Counted from the stretch's first letter, positions 41,682-51,487 are shown. The stretch: DNA of 64,000 bases from Lingula anatina (GCA_051362555.1 CM120641.1:49296401-49360400), one strand, 5' to 3'. A program made the numbers and translations. Notes: generated by a model not told the origin, from the letters alone.

Positions 41682-42745
41682 TGATATACATCCCCTTATA
41701 ACAACATCGCTATGATAAAAGGCACTTTTAATATATGGAACTACGGACCTCGAATTTTGTTCACTAACCTGTAGATTTACTCACCTGGATCTTGTGCAGG
41801 AATAGTAGTGTTCCATGATTCCAATGTACAGAGACCTTCAGATATCCAGTTGACAGTGTGCTTAATCTGCAGACTTATAAGTGACATGTTAAACAGGTGC
41901 GCACATGCCACTGACATGGTTCCATATCCAATATTGAAAGTGTGAATGGGGCGTGTAGTCAGAGGGGCGGGCAGCAGGATGCTACCAAGAACTGTGTCGT
42001 TCTCGAAAACGTCCAATCGGTTAGAGGTACTGTTGTAGGATAATGAAAAGTACAACCATCGGTTTTCTCCAACATCAAAAGTGTCTTGTATCTTCTTGAC
42101 GCCTGAGTGAAAAACTCCAAATGTACACTGATCGGAGGCGTTCTCAACTACAATCATTTTAACGGCCATTTTGATGACGGTTTCCTGCTCACCATCTTCC
42201 AGCGTAAATAATGTCATATAGGACTGACTGGTTAGATAGACAGGTACAATGACTGTAAACGATGCCAACTGAAAATCCGATATATTAGCCGTAGTTCGTG
42301 AACTAGATTTGAACGAAAACGCCCCCCTCTCCTCGCCACGGACTCCCTCTGTCAAAGTGATGTAATGAAGTGTCAGCGGAATGTCAATGTCAGTGACACT
42401 ATGGTAGAGGTAAACACTGTTCATAGGCCACAGTCCAATAGGTTGATGTATATCTGAAATACACATTCCATTACAGCGATTATCTATCAACTGCGGTTAT
42501 AATAATCTATCTTATATTTAAATTCTTTTTTGAAACATTCTGCTTTGGGCTTTAGTACATAAACATTAATTATATTATCGATATGTACATAAACACTGCG
42601 TGTTTTCAGTTCACAATGTACCAGTAGTAAACACCCTTAAGTTGTCTTATCAGATATTAATATCGTCCTTACCTGAAGAAGTTGTAGAAAAGGCTGGCAG
42701 GGTTATCAAGATGAGGACTACTTGTACTGAGGCAATGTGACGTGC
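15344..42745 (-). CDS. Giant type I membrane protein gene: signal peptide - 11x LamG/pentraxin-like (ConA-like jelly roll) - mucin stalk - 2x Sushi - TM - basic tail; 15 exons, 9807 nt identified, start-codon exon unresolved
   Basis: Every junction between the 15 exons is GT-AG and phase 1, and the 13 internal exons have lengths divisible by 3, so they splice into one open frame of ~3270 aa. Individual exons are listed below. Confidence 0.85.
16455..16640 (-). CDS. Giant receptor exon: Sushi/CCP domain 2 (not shown in the ORF track)
   Basis: 186 nt, phase 1-1. VTLCPDPQPVQNATY...GSTIVYTCDNNTYFMDGSTTRWIHCTIHGTWRPELPPCI has the Sushi C-P...Y-C...C...G-W...P-C pattern. Confidence 0.9.
16881..18944 (-). 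CDS. Giant receptor exon: Thr/Ser-rich mucin stalk (8-aa / 24-bp repeats) plus Sushi domain 1
   Basis: 2064 nt, phase 1-1 (tgtttcag|GT GCC ... TGT CAA G|gtgaaa). TTTSPT(S/N)S repeats, then CSDI...GSRVTLTCNHGY.F.....VSCLENGTWND.ITLC. Confidence 0.9.
20505..21174 (+). mobile_element. 670-bp non-autonomous DNA transposon with ~77-bp TIRs, 8-bp TSD and a RecQ-like helicase fragment (AcademH-like)
   Basis: TIR CACCCTGAGCTTCAGAGATAACTTGACACTAACC... is near perfect at both ends. TSD AAGAAAGC at 20497-20504 and 21175-21182. 20851-20964 reads MSISELKPEQFEALHHYLLRDDVFCVLPTGYGKSLIF (RecQ Q motif and Walker A). Confidence 0.85.
21499..22170 (-). CDS. Giant receptor exon F: LamG-like domain 11 (single copy)
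   Basis: 672 nt, phase 1-1, donor gtgagt. N-terminal GLWPL and C-terminal FSGRMSCLRVYGIPLS motifs typical of Laminin_G_3/pentraxin-like domains. Confidence 0.85.
22234..26455. repeat. 78-bp intronic minisatellite, ~54 copies
   Basis: Unit TTAAGATCAACATCAT(C/G)AGGGGCCTTCACCAGACTGATGTGTTATAGTGAACGTTGTAGATCTAACTGAGATGGAATG, period 78 (22234, 22312, ...). Confidence 0.97.
26725..27366 (-). CDS. Giant receptor exon E': LamG-like domain 10
   Basis: 642 nt, phase 1-1, donor gtaagt. PIAVYPL ... WHLIGIVFD ... FSGKLSCLCIFD. Confidence 0.88.
27648..28307 (-). CDS. Giant receptor exon D': LamG-like domain 9
   Basis: 660 nt, phase 1-1, donor gtatgc. PLAVWSL ... WHLLCLALD ... FIGELACTLLFDVAL. Confidence 0.88.
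28555..29193 (-). CDS. Giant receptor exon C': LamG-like domain 8
   Basis: 639 nt, phase 1-1, donor gtaagg. PSAFWPL ... WVAVVITY ... FQGWMNDMVLYRKAL. Confidence 0.88.
30784..31449 (-). CDS. Giant receptor exon B': LamG-like domain 7
   Basis: 666 nt, phase 1-1, donor gtatat. PLAVWPL ... WFYLFIIYD ... FSGALSCLQLYREALS. Confidence 0.88.
31991..32535. mobile_element. Unclassified ~545-bp insertion present only in the A'-B' intron
   Basis: The paralogous intron reads ...ttttgttcacta|acctgtagatttactcacc (41755-41785) without this block. Family not recognised. Confidence 0.55.
32556..33224 (-). CDS. Giant receptor exon A': LamG-like domain 6
   Basis: 669 nt, phase 1-1, donor gtgagt. PIGLWPM ... 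WLYFSLSYN ... VACVHLFNMSL. Confidence 0.88.
33376..33693 (+). mobile_element. Non-autonomous Helentron/HINE (DINE-1-like) element
   Basis: Subterminal inverted repeat ACCTCCGCCAAGG (33379) / CCTTGGCGGAGGT (~33654), internal GTTT/GTCT microsatellite, 3' short hairpin GTGCTCTCGGAGTGC, T-rich flanks. Confidence 0.75.
33850..35276. repeat. 78-bp intronic minisatellite, second array, ~18 copies
   Basis: Same unit as 22234-26455 with private variants (TTATTGTG, GGGATG, CGCTGTAG). Confidence 0.97.
35515..36165 (-). CDS. Giant receptor exon E: LamG-like domain 5
   Basis: 651 nt, phase 1-1, donor gtaggt. Paralog of 26725-27366 with 3 extra codons. Confidence 0.88.
36449..37108 (-). CDS. Giant receptor exon D: LamG-like domain 4
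   Basis: 660 nt, phase 1-1, donor gtatgt. Paralog of 27648-28307. Confidence 0.88.
37358..37996 (-). CDS. Giant receptor exon C: LamG-like domain 3
   Basis: 639 nt, phase 1-1. Protein identical to 28555-29193. Confidence 0.88.
39588..40253 (-). CDS. Giant receptor exon B: LamG-like domain 2
   Basis: 666 nt, phase 1-1. One amino acid different from 30784-31449. Confidence 0.88.
40575..40848. repeat. 90-bp tandem repeat, 3 copies, within sequence private to the A-B intron
   Basis: ATGCAGTTTCAAGTATATAT at 40601, 40691 and 40781. Confidence 0.92.
41785..42453 (-). CDS. Giant receptor exon A: LamG-like domain 1
   Basis: 669 nt, phase 1-1, donor gtgagt. Paralog of 32556-33224. Confidence 0.88.
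42673..42745 (-). CDS. Giant receptor signal-peptide exon (phase 0 to phase 1)
   Basis: tttgttttcatccag|GCA CGT ... TCT TCA G|gtaagg encodes ARHIASVQVVLILITLPAFSTTSS-G, a hydrophobic core with small residues at the end. Phase matches exon A. Confidence 0.75.
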
Positions 42746-43091
42746 CTGGATGAAAACAAACAAACATAATATACACTCTCTGTTGTAGAAAAGGCTGGCA
42801 GGGTTATCAAGATGAGGACTACTTGTACTGAGGCAATGTGACGTGCCTGGATGAAAACAAACAAACATAATATACACTCTCTGTTGTAGAAAAGGCTGGC
42901 AGGGTTATCAAGATGAGGACTACTTGTACTGAGGCAATGTGACGTGCCTGGATGAAAACAAATAAACATAATATACACTCTCTGTTGTAAAAAAAGGCTG
43001 GCAGGGTTATCAAGATGAGGACTACTTGTACTGAGGCAATGTGACGTGCCTGGATGAAAACAAACAAACACATAATATACACTCTCTGTTG
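42681..43091. repeat. 101-bp tandem repeat, 4 copies, containing the splice acceptor and most of the signal-peptide exon
   Basis: GTTGTA(G/A)AAAA starts at 42681, 42782, 42883 and 42984. Confidence 0.93.
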
Positions 43092-43117
43092 AAACCCCTC
43101 AAATATACAGCAAATTA

Positions 43118-46100
43118 CATATTGACATTCAATATGAAACATTTGTTTCAAAGGTATGTCTAGGAAAAAATGTATGATTTATTTCTTAAACGTGCATTTC
43201 GTGTGAATTATGAAAGCAGATAAATGTGTAGTATAAGTAACAATTAACTGCCTGCCTTGCCTAAGGCTTTGCTGCATTACGTAAAATGTGGTGATGTCTT
43301 TGGGTCGTACTCTTTGGGCTGGTCTAAGTATGATTATGGCAGAGCATGGTTCAGTCAAGATAGTCTCAATATTTCGGCAACGCCGGCACAGAAGATTTTG
43401 ACATTTTGCATAAAGTAGCGGATATTACCGTGCGTAACCTGAGCGAAGAAAAGAGTTACAACTTTGTTGCTCTGCGACATAATGGCGAAAATCAGAGACA
43501 TTGCCAGACAGATTATTGTGTTACAAGGAACACACTGCACAGGTTTACAAAGGTATGCTCAGACTGGTGTATCTCCACACAGACCATGCCCAAGGCATCC
43601 AAAACTTACCACCAGGGAACAAGATCCATTGTTTTGCTGTTACAAATAAACAAAAACAACCAGTTCCCTTTAGAATGAGGGCAAATATTCACCAAAAAGC
43701 GTTTTTCAAGGCCCATTGTAATCGACAGACTGGTTTTAGCAGGTCAACATACCAGGCAACCTCCGAGTAAAACCCTGTAACACCGTCACCTATTTCTGCA
43801 ATGAGTTGGGAACTATTAACGTTTCTGGGCACAGCACTAAAAACATGGTTTTTACTTCCCAGCAGGCATAGTGACATTGGATCAACGTTGAAAACAGGTT
43901 GGGCCGTTGATCTACCTAAATTCAACGTCAAATCAATGGTCATCAATGTTGATCCAGCCACATCAAAACGCCGTCATAATGTGACGTTGACTCAATGTTG
44001 TATTTTGGTCGTTGACTCAACGTTGTTGTTTGGTCGTCGTGATGCAAGACATGGATCGTTATTTAATTAGATTTAAGAAGGAATTTGTGTGTGAAAATTA
44101 TACCCACATGGCCCAAAAAAAATATCAGAGATAACTTCTGCAAATAACGTGTGAGCGCCCACAATCTCTTTATTGAACGGGGTAGGCACTGCAAGCCAAA
44201 AATCCCTGCAGAGTTGAGATTTTGTAAACTTTGCCACTCGTATAAAGTAGAAGATGAGTTCCACCTCCTGCTAGAGTGCAAAGCATATGACTCAATACGT
44301 GATTCTTTCAGAGGGCAGATGTCGGAGTTCCTGCTCCTAGGCGACCTCAGCAATAATGATCTGTTTAATTTTCTTATGGGTGCTCAAGATTTAGATATTC
44401 GAAGACTGGTCATGTTTTTACAAATAGATGCTTCCAACAAAGGGAACAAGGGAACAGACCCTCTTTTAATACATTCTACCTTTTCAGAATATGTATTTAA
44501 ATTCATCACATATAGCTTTCCACTAGGCTATACATTCTATTTATTTATTTATTAGACAATTTATTGTCATTTTTTACTACACATTTATTAAATTAAATCT
44601 AAATGTGTGTCCATGCCTTGTAGATTTAAGTGTCTGTAGTTGTTTATTTAACCACTGTGATTGTACATTATATGTAAATGTTGAGTTCAGTCAACATTCC
44701 ATTTCCAGTGTGAGATCTAATATGCGCTGTCAGCAGAGACTAGGCGTGCAGATCGGGCCTGGTTAAATGATTTCGAAACACACATATATCTCTCTATGTA
44801 GCCTTTATATAAACATTATAATCATATATATATATATATATATTTACTTGTTTGTGCTTTGTCATAGTTAGAAGTGCTGTCATTGCTTGTACCTTGTATG
44901 TGAAGGTGTTTATCAAGAAAGAATCCGTTGTAACAACATGATTTGCCCGCTGGGTTATGAGGTCGGATTCCATCTGTTCTGCCAAGGAATTCAAGTTAAA
45001 GTTCACAAACATTCCCAAGAGGCCTACGGCTAAGCATGTGTCGCTCCCAGAGCAACTTGGTGCGGTGGGGGCATCTGCATTTAATTCTGAGCAAAATTCC
45101 CGTTGGTGTAACATTTTTTGATAATGTTAGAGTAGTTTAATTTAGTCTGTTATCCTTAGCTACAAGCAGAGGCTATCAAGTCCAGGTATCACATGTCCAG
45201 CAGCTGAGCTGGAGTGCTTAACCCACTTTAAGTGCAAATGGTCATCAAAAGCTAATCAATCAATTGTCACAGATAGGCATTTTTGGGAGTAGAAGTAGTT
45301 CCACCCATTAGAGAAAAAATCCAACAATTTTACAAGTCAGAACAGATAATCTAATTTTATATTTATGAAAATCGTTTAGGCAGTGACACCAAGAAACCAA
45401 GGTAACAATATTTTATATTTTAATGCAATTTTAAAGGTATATTTTAATGATAGAAGATTGTATCACCCTCAGTGCTTCGTTCCCTGAGCATGCCACATGG
45501 TTTAAACTAAACTTGCTTCTACAGATAAATGTTATGTACATTTCTACCTAATTTTCTTCTTAAAAAAGTGCACATGATTAATATCAAAGTTATATAATTA
45601 TTATTTGTCACAGCATTTTATAAAAAGTTAGTTAAAAAGCAGTTTTAATTAGTTTATCAGGTTTTAAGTAGTGTCATATTCATTTTCTTTTTAGATTGAA
45701 AATTATTGTTAGTAGAATTAAATGTCTGTTTGCTAAAGAACATATCTATTCTATAGGAAAACTTGAGATTACGTGCACAAGGGCAAAAGGGGCCAAAGTT
45801 GTTAGTGTTAAACTGTATTTACTTGTTTATTTAAGTTAGAGACATGTTATTAATAGTCCATTCTTTATGTTACAAATACTATATTAGAAATAATTTATTT
45901 TTTGATATATTTCGATGTCACTACATTCATAGTGTGTCAAATGATTCAACATACATTAAATAACTAAAAAGTACATACATAACAATGTTGCCTCCACGTA
46001 TTCGCTAACTGTACAATACCGGGCATGTTCAAATCATGACTATGTTTAATAAATTGAGCAGTGTCATGTTACAAGTTAAGTGTTATTGTTTACTTTGAGC

Positions 46101-47087
46101 CACTAGTAAATGTATGCTGTGTGTACAAACTGTCACATTTAATATTTGTCTGAGTGCAGTCAGAACATGTGTTAGTTTAAGACAATGTAACAAGGTCAGA
46201 ATATTGGTTAGACATTTTATTTTTTCTTTGATTTTTGTTTAATTATTTTATTATTTCAGATTCACGATAATTTGGTATTAAAATACTCCGGTATTCTGAT
46301 ACTACCTCTCAGTGAATAAAAGGTTCCATCATCTAGTTACATAATCTTGTTACGTCATCATCTCGTCAAATGCACGCAAACTCTACAGTTGGTGCCAAAA
46401 CCTAACTGGCAGTCAGCTATAGAAACCTGAACCAGATCCAATACAGGGATATTCTGGAAAACAACTGCCTTATATTTGCTAAAAGGCACATGGTGAACAC
46501 TTTTACATTACAAAATGAAAATATCCGTCCAAGTAGAGCAACTGTATTTGCAGATAACTTGAAGCACCAAGAGTCTGAGCAGCTACCATCAAGATTGTAA
46601 GATCTGAAGCCTATGGGCAATCTGTGGGTAGCCAGTACTCGCCAATCAGCCAATCAACGGCCTACTGGTCCTACAATAAATCTGAACCAAATTGGACTAG
46701 CATCTGATAGCTATCTGGAATATTATTCCAGTTCGAACTCTAAGAAACCTGTCAGAAGGAATATCTTGCCGCTTCAAAGCCCTACTAGCAGCCAGACGAG
46801 GCCAGACGCACCACAGACTGTGACCGTACTTCACAAATGATAGTTTCGAAAATATGGAGATCGAAATAAGTCTTATCATGGTGTTTGTTTGACCAAGAAT
46901 GAGCCATGCATTTTTGTTTGCTTAATTGGGTAAATTCAATTAAGGAACTGATGTCCCGATTACATTGGAAAGATTAAGATATTGAAACAAAAATCAAATC
47001 CTTGTTTTCATTATTAAGTCGGAAAAGTAGGAAAAATTAAAATAAAAAATGTTTGGAAAAAACATGCCATATTAAATGTCAAGTCTG
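43118..47087 (+). mobile_element. Decayed Tc1 transposon split by nested insertions
   Basis: N-terminal HTH remnant at ~43430-43650 (RDIARQ...RYAQTG...RP.PRHPKLTTREQD). DDE C-terminal remnant at 46391-46710 (NLNQIQYRDILENNCLIFAK...LQNENIRP.RA...LPSRL*DLKPMGNLW, cf. QDDNARPH / SPDLNPIEHLW). Degenerate TIRs near 43118 and 47087. Confidence 0.7.
44130..44440 (+). mobile_element. 3' fragment of a non-LTR retrotransposon ORF2 (RTEX-like C-terminal zinc knuckle)
   Basis: SAHNLFIERGRH..P..LRFCKLC...VEDEFHLLLECKAYDSIR. Confidence 0.8.
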
Positions 47088-48211
47088 TATAATAGGGTGG
47101 ACTTGTATCACTATCGCACTTTATTCCTGTTACAGCTATGATAGCAATCTATCTCCGTGCATTAAGGCGTCCCCTCAATCTGTTTTAACATTGTAAAGTA
47201 AGCTAAAAATATAATGAAATATCTGAAGGTTTGTCAACTCGCCTCATCTGAAAGGTTAGTATGCTAAGGTAGTGATATTTTTCCCTTGGTTTCATGTCCA
47301 AGCAACGGCCGTCTTTCCACTTTTTTCGCTTGGACAACGCAGGAAGGTAAGACATCAAGCGTCTGATATTCCAGATATACAAGATAGCAGTATTAAGGCA
47401 AAAGGCGCCTATGTTTTGGTATAAAGATTAAGTTAACAGCGCACTATCCGTGGCGCCTGTAGCGAATGACAACACAAATATTGAATGGAGGAATACATTA
47501 ATTTTCATGCGTGTCTAGAGGCTAGATGATGGCGGTGAACTGAAATTATAAGTGAAATAAATAAAACAAATGAAAGTAAAAGAATAAACATAAATTTTAA
47601 AACTTTAACTCAATACAAAAAATATCATGAAGAAATTACAATGCAACACATACATTAAATAACTAAAAAGTACATACATAACAATGTTGCCTCCACGTAT
47701 TCGCTAACTGTACAATACCGGGCATGTTCAAATCATGACTATACATGGTGACGTTTTCCACTGAACTGAACACCAATCATCCAACATATAGGAGGGCGCC
47801 ACTCACACCAAGTAAACAAGACAAACAAACAAACAAAAATAAATTAAATAGCTGACGACACTGACGGCAACAAAAAAAAAAAAAAACACTATTTTCTGTG
47901 TCGGTGTTCAGAATAAGCAAGCAGCGAACTACCCGGGGTGACTTTTTTCTGTGTCTTTGTGTTAAGATAAAGCAAAAATGTTAGAAGAAGATTAAATACA
48001 GACATGACTACTTTTCAGGTAATGATACAAATAAACTGTACACACCACGGAAGATCACACTCATTACTTCATAAAAGGTCTTAACATCCGGCATCACCAG
48101 ACCTCTGATGACTGTTTTAAATGACATGAATAATTTCAACTACTCGTCTGCCATGCAATATCTGATAAACAAATCATCTTCTTCAAAAACGAATTATGGA
48201 TATTCATATGC

Positions 48212-48449
48212 AAAATTAGTACGATGATATCCCAAACTGTAGAAAATAAGGCACTAGGGCCTATAGTTCAATTTGTATATACTTGTATAAAATTAGTACG
48301 AAGATATCCCAAACTGTAGAAAATAAGGCACTAGGGCCTATAGTTCAATTTGTATATACTTGTATAAAATTAGTACGATGATATCCCAAACTGTAGAAAA
48401 TAAGGCACTAGGGCCTATAGTTCAATTTGTATATACTTGTATAAAATTA
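48212..48449. repeat. 77-bp tandem repeat, 3 copies
   Basis: AAAATTAGTACGA starts at 48212, 48289 and 48366. Confidence 0.93.
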
Positions 48450-48677
48450 TATAAAGTTTTCACTCTCTTCATTTACTTCTTGTCGTACATGTAACTAGTA
48501 TTGTTTTGTTCACGTCTTATTCATAACCTATCTGTTAGTTTTCCATCATAATTTTATCATAATAATTTCCAATTATAAACAATAAATATTTCAAACCACC
48601 AGCCTGCTTCTTTTCCCCCTCTTTTTATCTCTTATAGGTATACACTGGGAAGATATATATGTAATGAAACATTAATT

Positions 48678-49503
48678 AATCCTAATAGCCGTCGAAATGA
48701 TAGAAATGACTGACATTAAAACAGCACGATTGTATTACCATTTTTCGCGTTCTCCAGTTTCCCGAGAAAACCATCCTCTTCTCCTACATGTATATCTTCA
48801 AGTGAACAACAGCCAGTGCTCAATAACAACGTCTTAGCAGCTATGACATTAAGTTATTGGATTTTCACTATATGTTATGTCTTTCTCTAGCTGTAGATAA
48901 AAAGATGATTTATCATCTGAAGGCTTTTGTGTTAAACAGTCTGTTAGAATTTCAGAAAAGTGTTGCAAAAGGTAATAACTAGTATTTGCCTCCCAGGAAA
49001 CCATTACAATCAATTTGTTAAAGAGACATGCTTGTCAGCAATGAAGCTTTGTTAATAGAACAAACAATTCTTATCAGTTTGTTTGTCTTCAGGAACCCCC
49101 TTTAAGGGCTAAGGAAAGTCATCATGAATTACAATATAAAGATGTCATCACATTATGAATAAATAATGTTTTGTTTACTGTAACTTATCAAAAAGTTTTT
49201 TTTTAGAAAACAATTTGTATTTCATTTTAGAATCGCCATAGGATGTGCTTGTTTGCATGAACATAGCGTGAATTATTAAGAAACATGTGGACTGAATCAC
49301 ATAGCGAAATCAATGTAAAACACTGGCGCTATATTTTGACATTTATCATGAGCAAAATTCATCAGAATCAAAACCTAAGGGTAAATGCTTAGGAATTAAA
49401 TTTTAAGTTGAGGGTAAGGGTTTTTATGGTTTTGGGGTTAGAGTCAGAATAACGGTTTGGGATAGGGAAGGGCTTAAGATGATTGTTTCTCATTAACAAT
49501 CTA

Positions 49504-49540
<37 letters not shown>

Positions 49541-50297
49541 TCATCAAATCCGATTAGCCGTCGATATGATAGAATAAATTGACATTAAAAACACCGCGAT
49601 GGAATTAACGTTTTTATAAATCTCCCCGTCTCCTGCAAATATACCTCTCCTGTATCTTAAAATGTATAACATACAGTACCAATGAACAATGTGTTAACAC
49701 TTATGTACCTCCTCATAGTATGTCTTCAAGTAAACAGCCAGAAGTCATGAACAATGCAACATTAAACTCCAATACCATATATAAAGGTATTGGAATCTCA
49801 CTTTCTCTGTCTTTTTCAAGGTGTAGAACGGCAAAAATCAGTTTTATCACATGAAAGTTTTTGCGCGTTAAAGAATCTATTGGGATTTCAGAAAAAGATA
49901 GAAGGAGGAAACAACTAATACCAACCCGAATACCTTGATGCTTTATTTCTTAAAGATAATTGATTGTCTTAGATAAATCATTGTTTGCAGAGAAAACACT
50001 TCTTACCAGGTTGTTTGTCGTCAGGACTCCCCTGAAGGGCTAAGGTAAGTCATCAATGGTTTACATTGTAAAGATGTTGCGGTTCTTTCATCACATTAAA
50101 ATAAATGGCATATTGTTTGTAGCTTATCAAAATATTTTCTAGGAGACGTTTTGTAATTAATTTTACAATTGCTATAGGGTGTACATATTTGCATGGGCAT
50201 GACATCAATTATTTAGAGACATGTGGTGCGAATCCCATAACAAAACCAATGTAAGCAGTGGTGCTACCTTTGCACATTTATCTTGAACAAAATTCAA
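48678..50297. repeat. Old diverged tandem duplication (~48678-49365 vs ~49547-50297) separated by degenerate G-rich sequence and (CA)n
   Basis: Colinear matches such as TAGCCGTCGA.ATGATAGAA, GTTTGTC.TCAGGA..CCC.T.AAGGGCTAAGG.AAGTCATCA, ACATGTGG and ACATTTATC.TGA.CAAAATTCA. Confidence 0.75.
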
Positions 50298-50899
50298 GTT
50301 TTATTTATTTTGTATTTCAGGCCTTCAGTCCCTGCAGAGTACATATTTCAACACATTATCTTAGAGGATGAACACATATAGTAAAAGTAACAAAGGTATA
50401 AATATGAAAATAGAGATATACATGGCGTCCACTTAGTCAGCGGTCTTGTTATAATTTTTCTTTTTTGTTACAATGATACAATTAACCTGCCAATCTTTTA
50501 TTAAAGTCACTGTTTCTCGAAGAAATAGCATCTGTTATGGTCATTGTTTGTATGTCATTTTTGTACTGATTTCTTAAGTCTGTATATAAAGTACACTCTT
50601 GTAGGACATGAATCTCGTTTTTGACATAACTATATCATTTTGAAAAACATAAAGGATCAATAAGTGCATACATCATCATCAGCAGCAGGCAGTCCTCGTG
50701 GTGCCCATGTATTAAGGATTATTGGTACACTCCATGGACTAAGCCCCCTCCACTTCTTTCTTTCAACTGCCGTCCTTGTGGTCTCTATTTAATTTCTTCC
50801 TGTCCTTTTTTTGTGTGCAGGGGTGGATCCAGGAGTTCCAAGAGGGGGGTTCCTTTTTTATCCACCCCTCCAAAAAAAAAAAAAAAATAATAAAAAAAA

Positions 50900-50934
<35 letters not shown>

Positions 50935-51487
50935 ATACATAAATAAATAAATGTTAACACGTGAACAGAACGATATAAATATAGAATTAAATAAATTATA
51001 ATTTAATATATACATTAAAAAAATCATCAAATTACAGCGTAAGACCGTAATGTAAGCCTTATGACATTTGATCACGGTCATGTTTCTCAGTTTCAGAAAC
51101 TTTGTTTCTAGGCATGGATTGAGCTGAGTTTTGTCTGTAACAGTATAACTATCTAAAATCGAAATTGGGAGTGATTTAAGGGAGTGGTGTAAAGGCACAT
51201 GAGTAAATTGTAAAAGGTGTTTCTACCGGGAGTGTCATGTAGCAGGAAGGAGGGAGGGGTGGTCGCGAATTCAGGCCTACCCAACTACCAGACTCCGCAC
51301 CGAAACGAAAACAGGGGAAATGTCAGTAGCGCGTGAATGTTGATGAGATGCACTATTTTCCAACACTGCTCAGAATCAACGCTATCATACTGCGTACCAG
51401 GCAAGAAGGTGCCGTGTCTGATATATGTACATTCAGTAACAGTTATCTTTACACCACTGTACAAGAGGGTGCCGTGTCTGATATATG

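Noticed and set aside
21392-42490. The ~220-aa LamG ORFs as a cluster of separate single-exon genes
   Set aside because: Most begin at non-ATG or intronic codons, none has its own signal peptide, and each is bounded by phase-1 AG/GT sites at the domain edges.
49400-49480. Degenerate GGGTTA-like stretch as an interstitial telomere
   Set aside because: Too degenerate and short; such motifs are common in invertebrate interspersed repeats.
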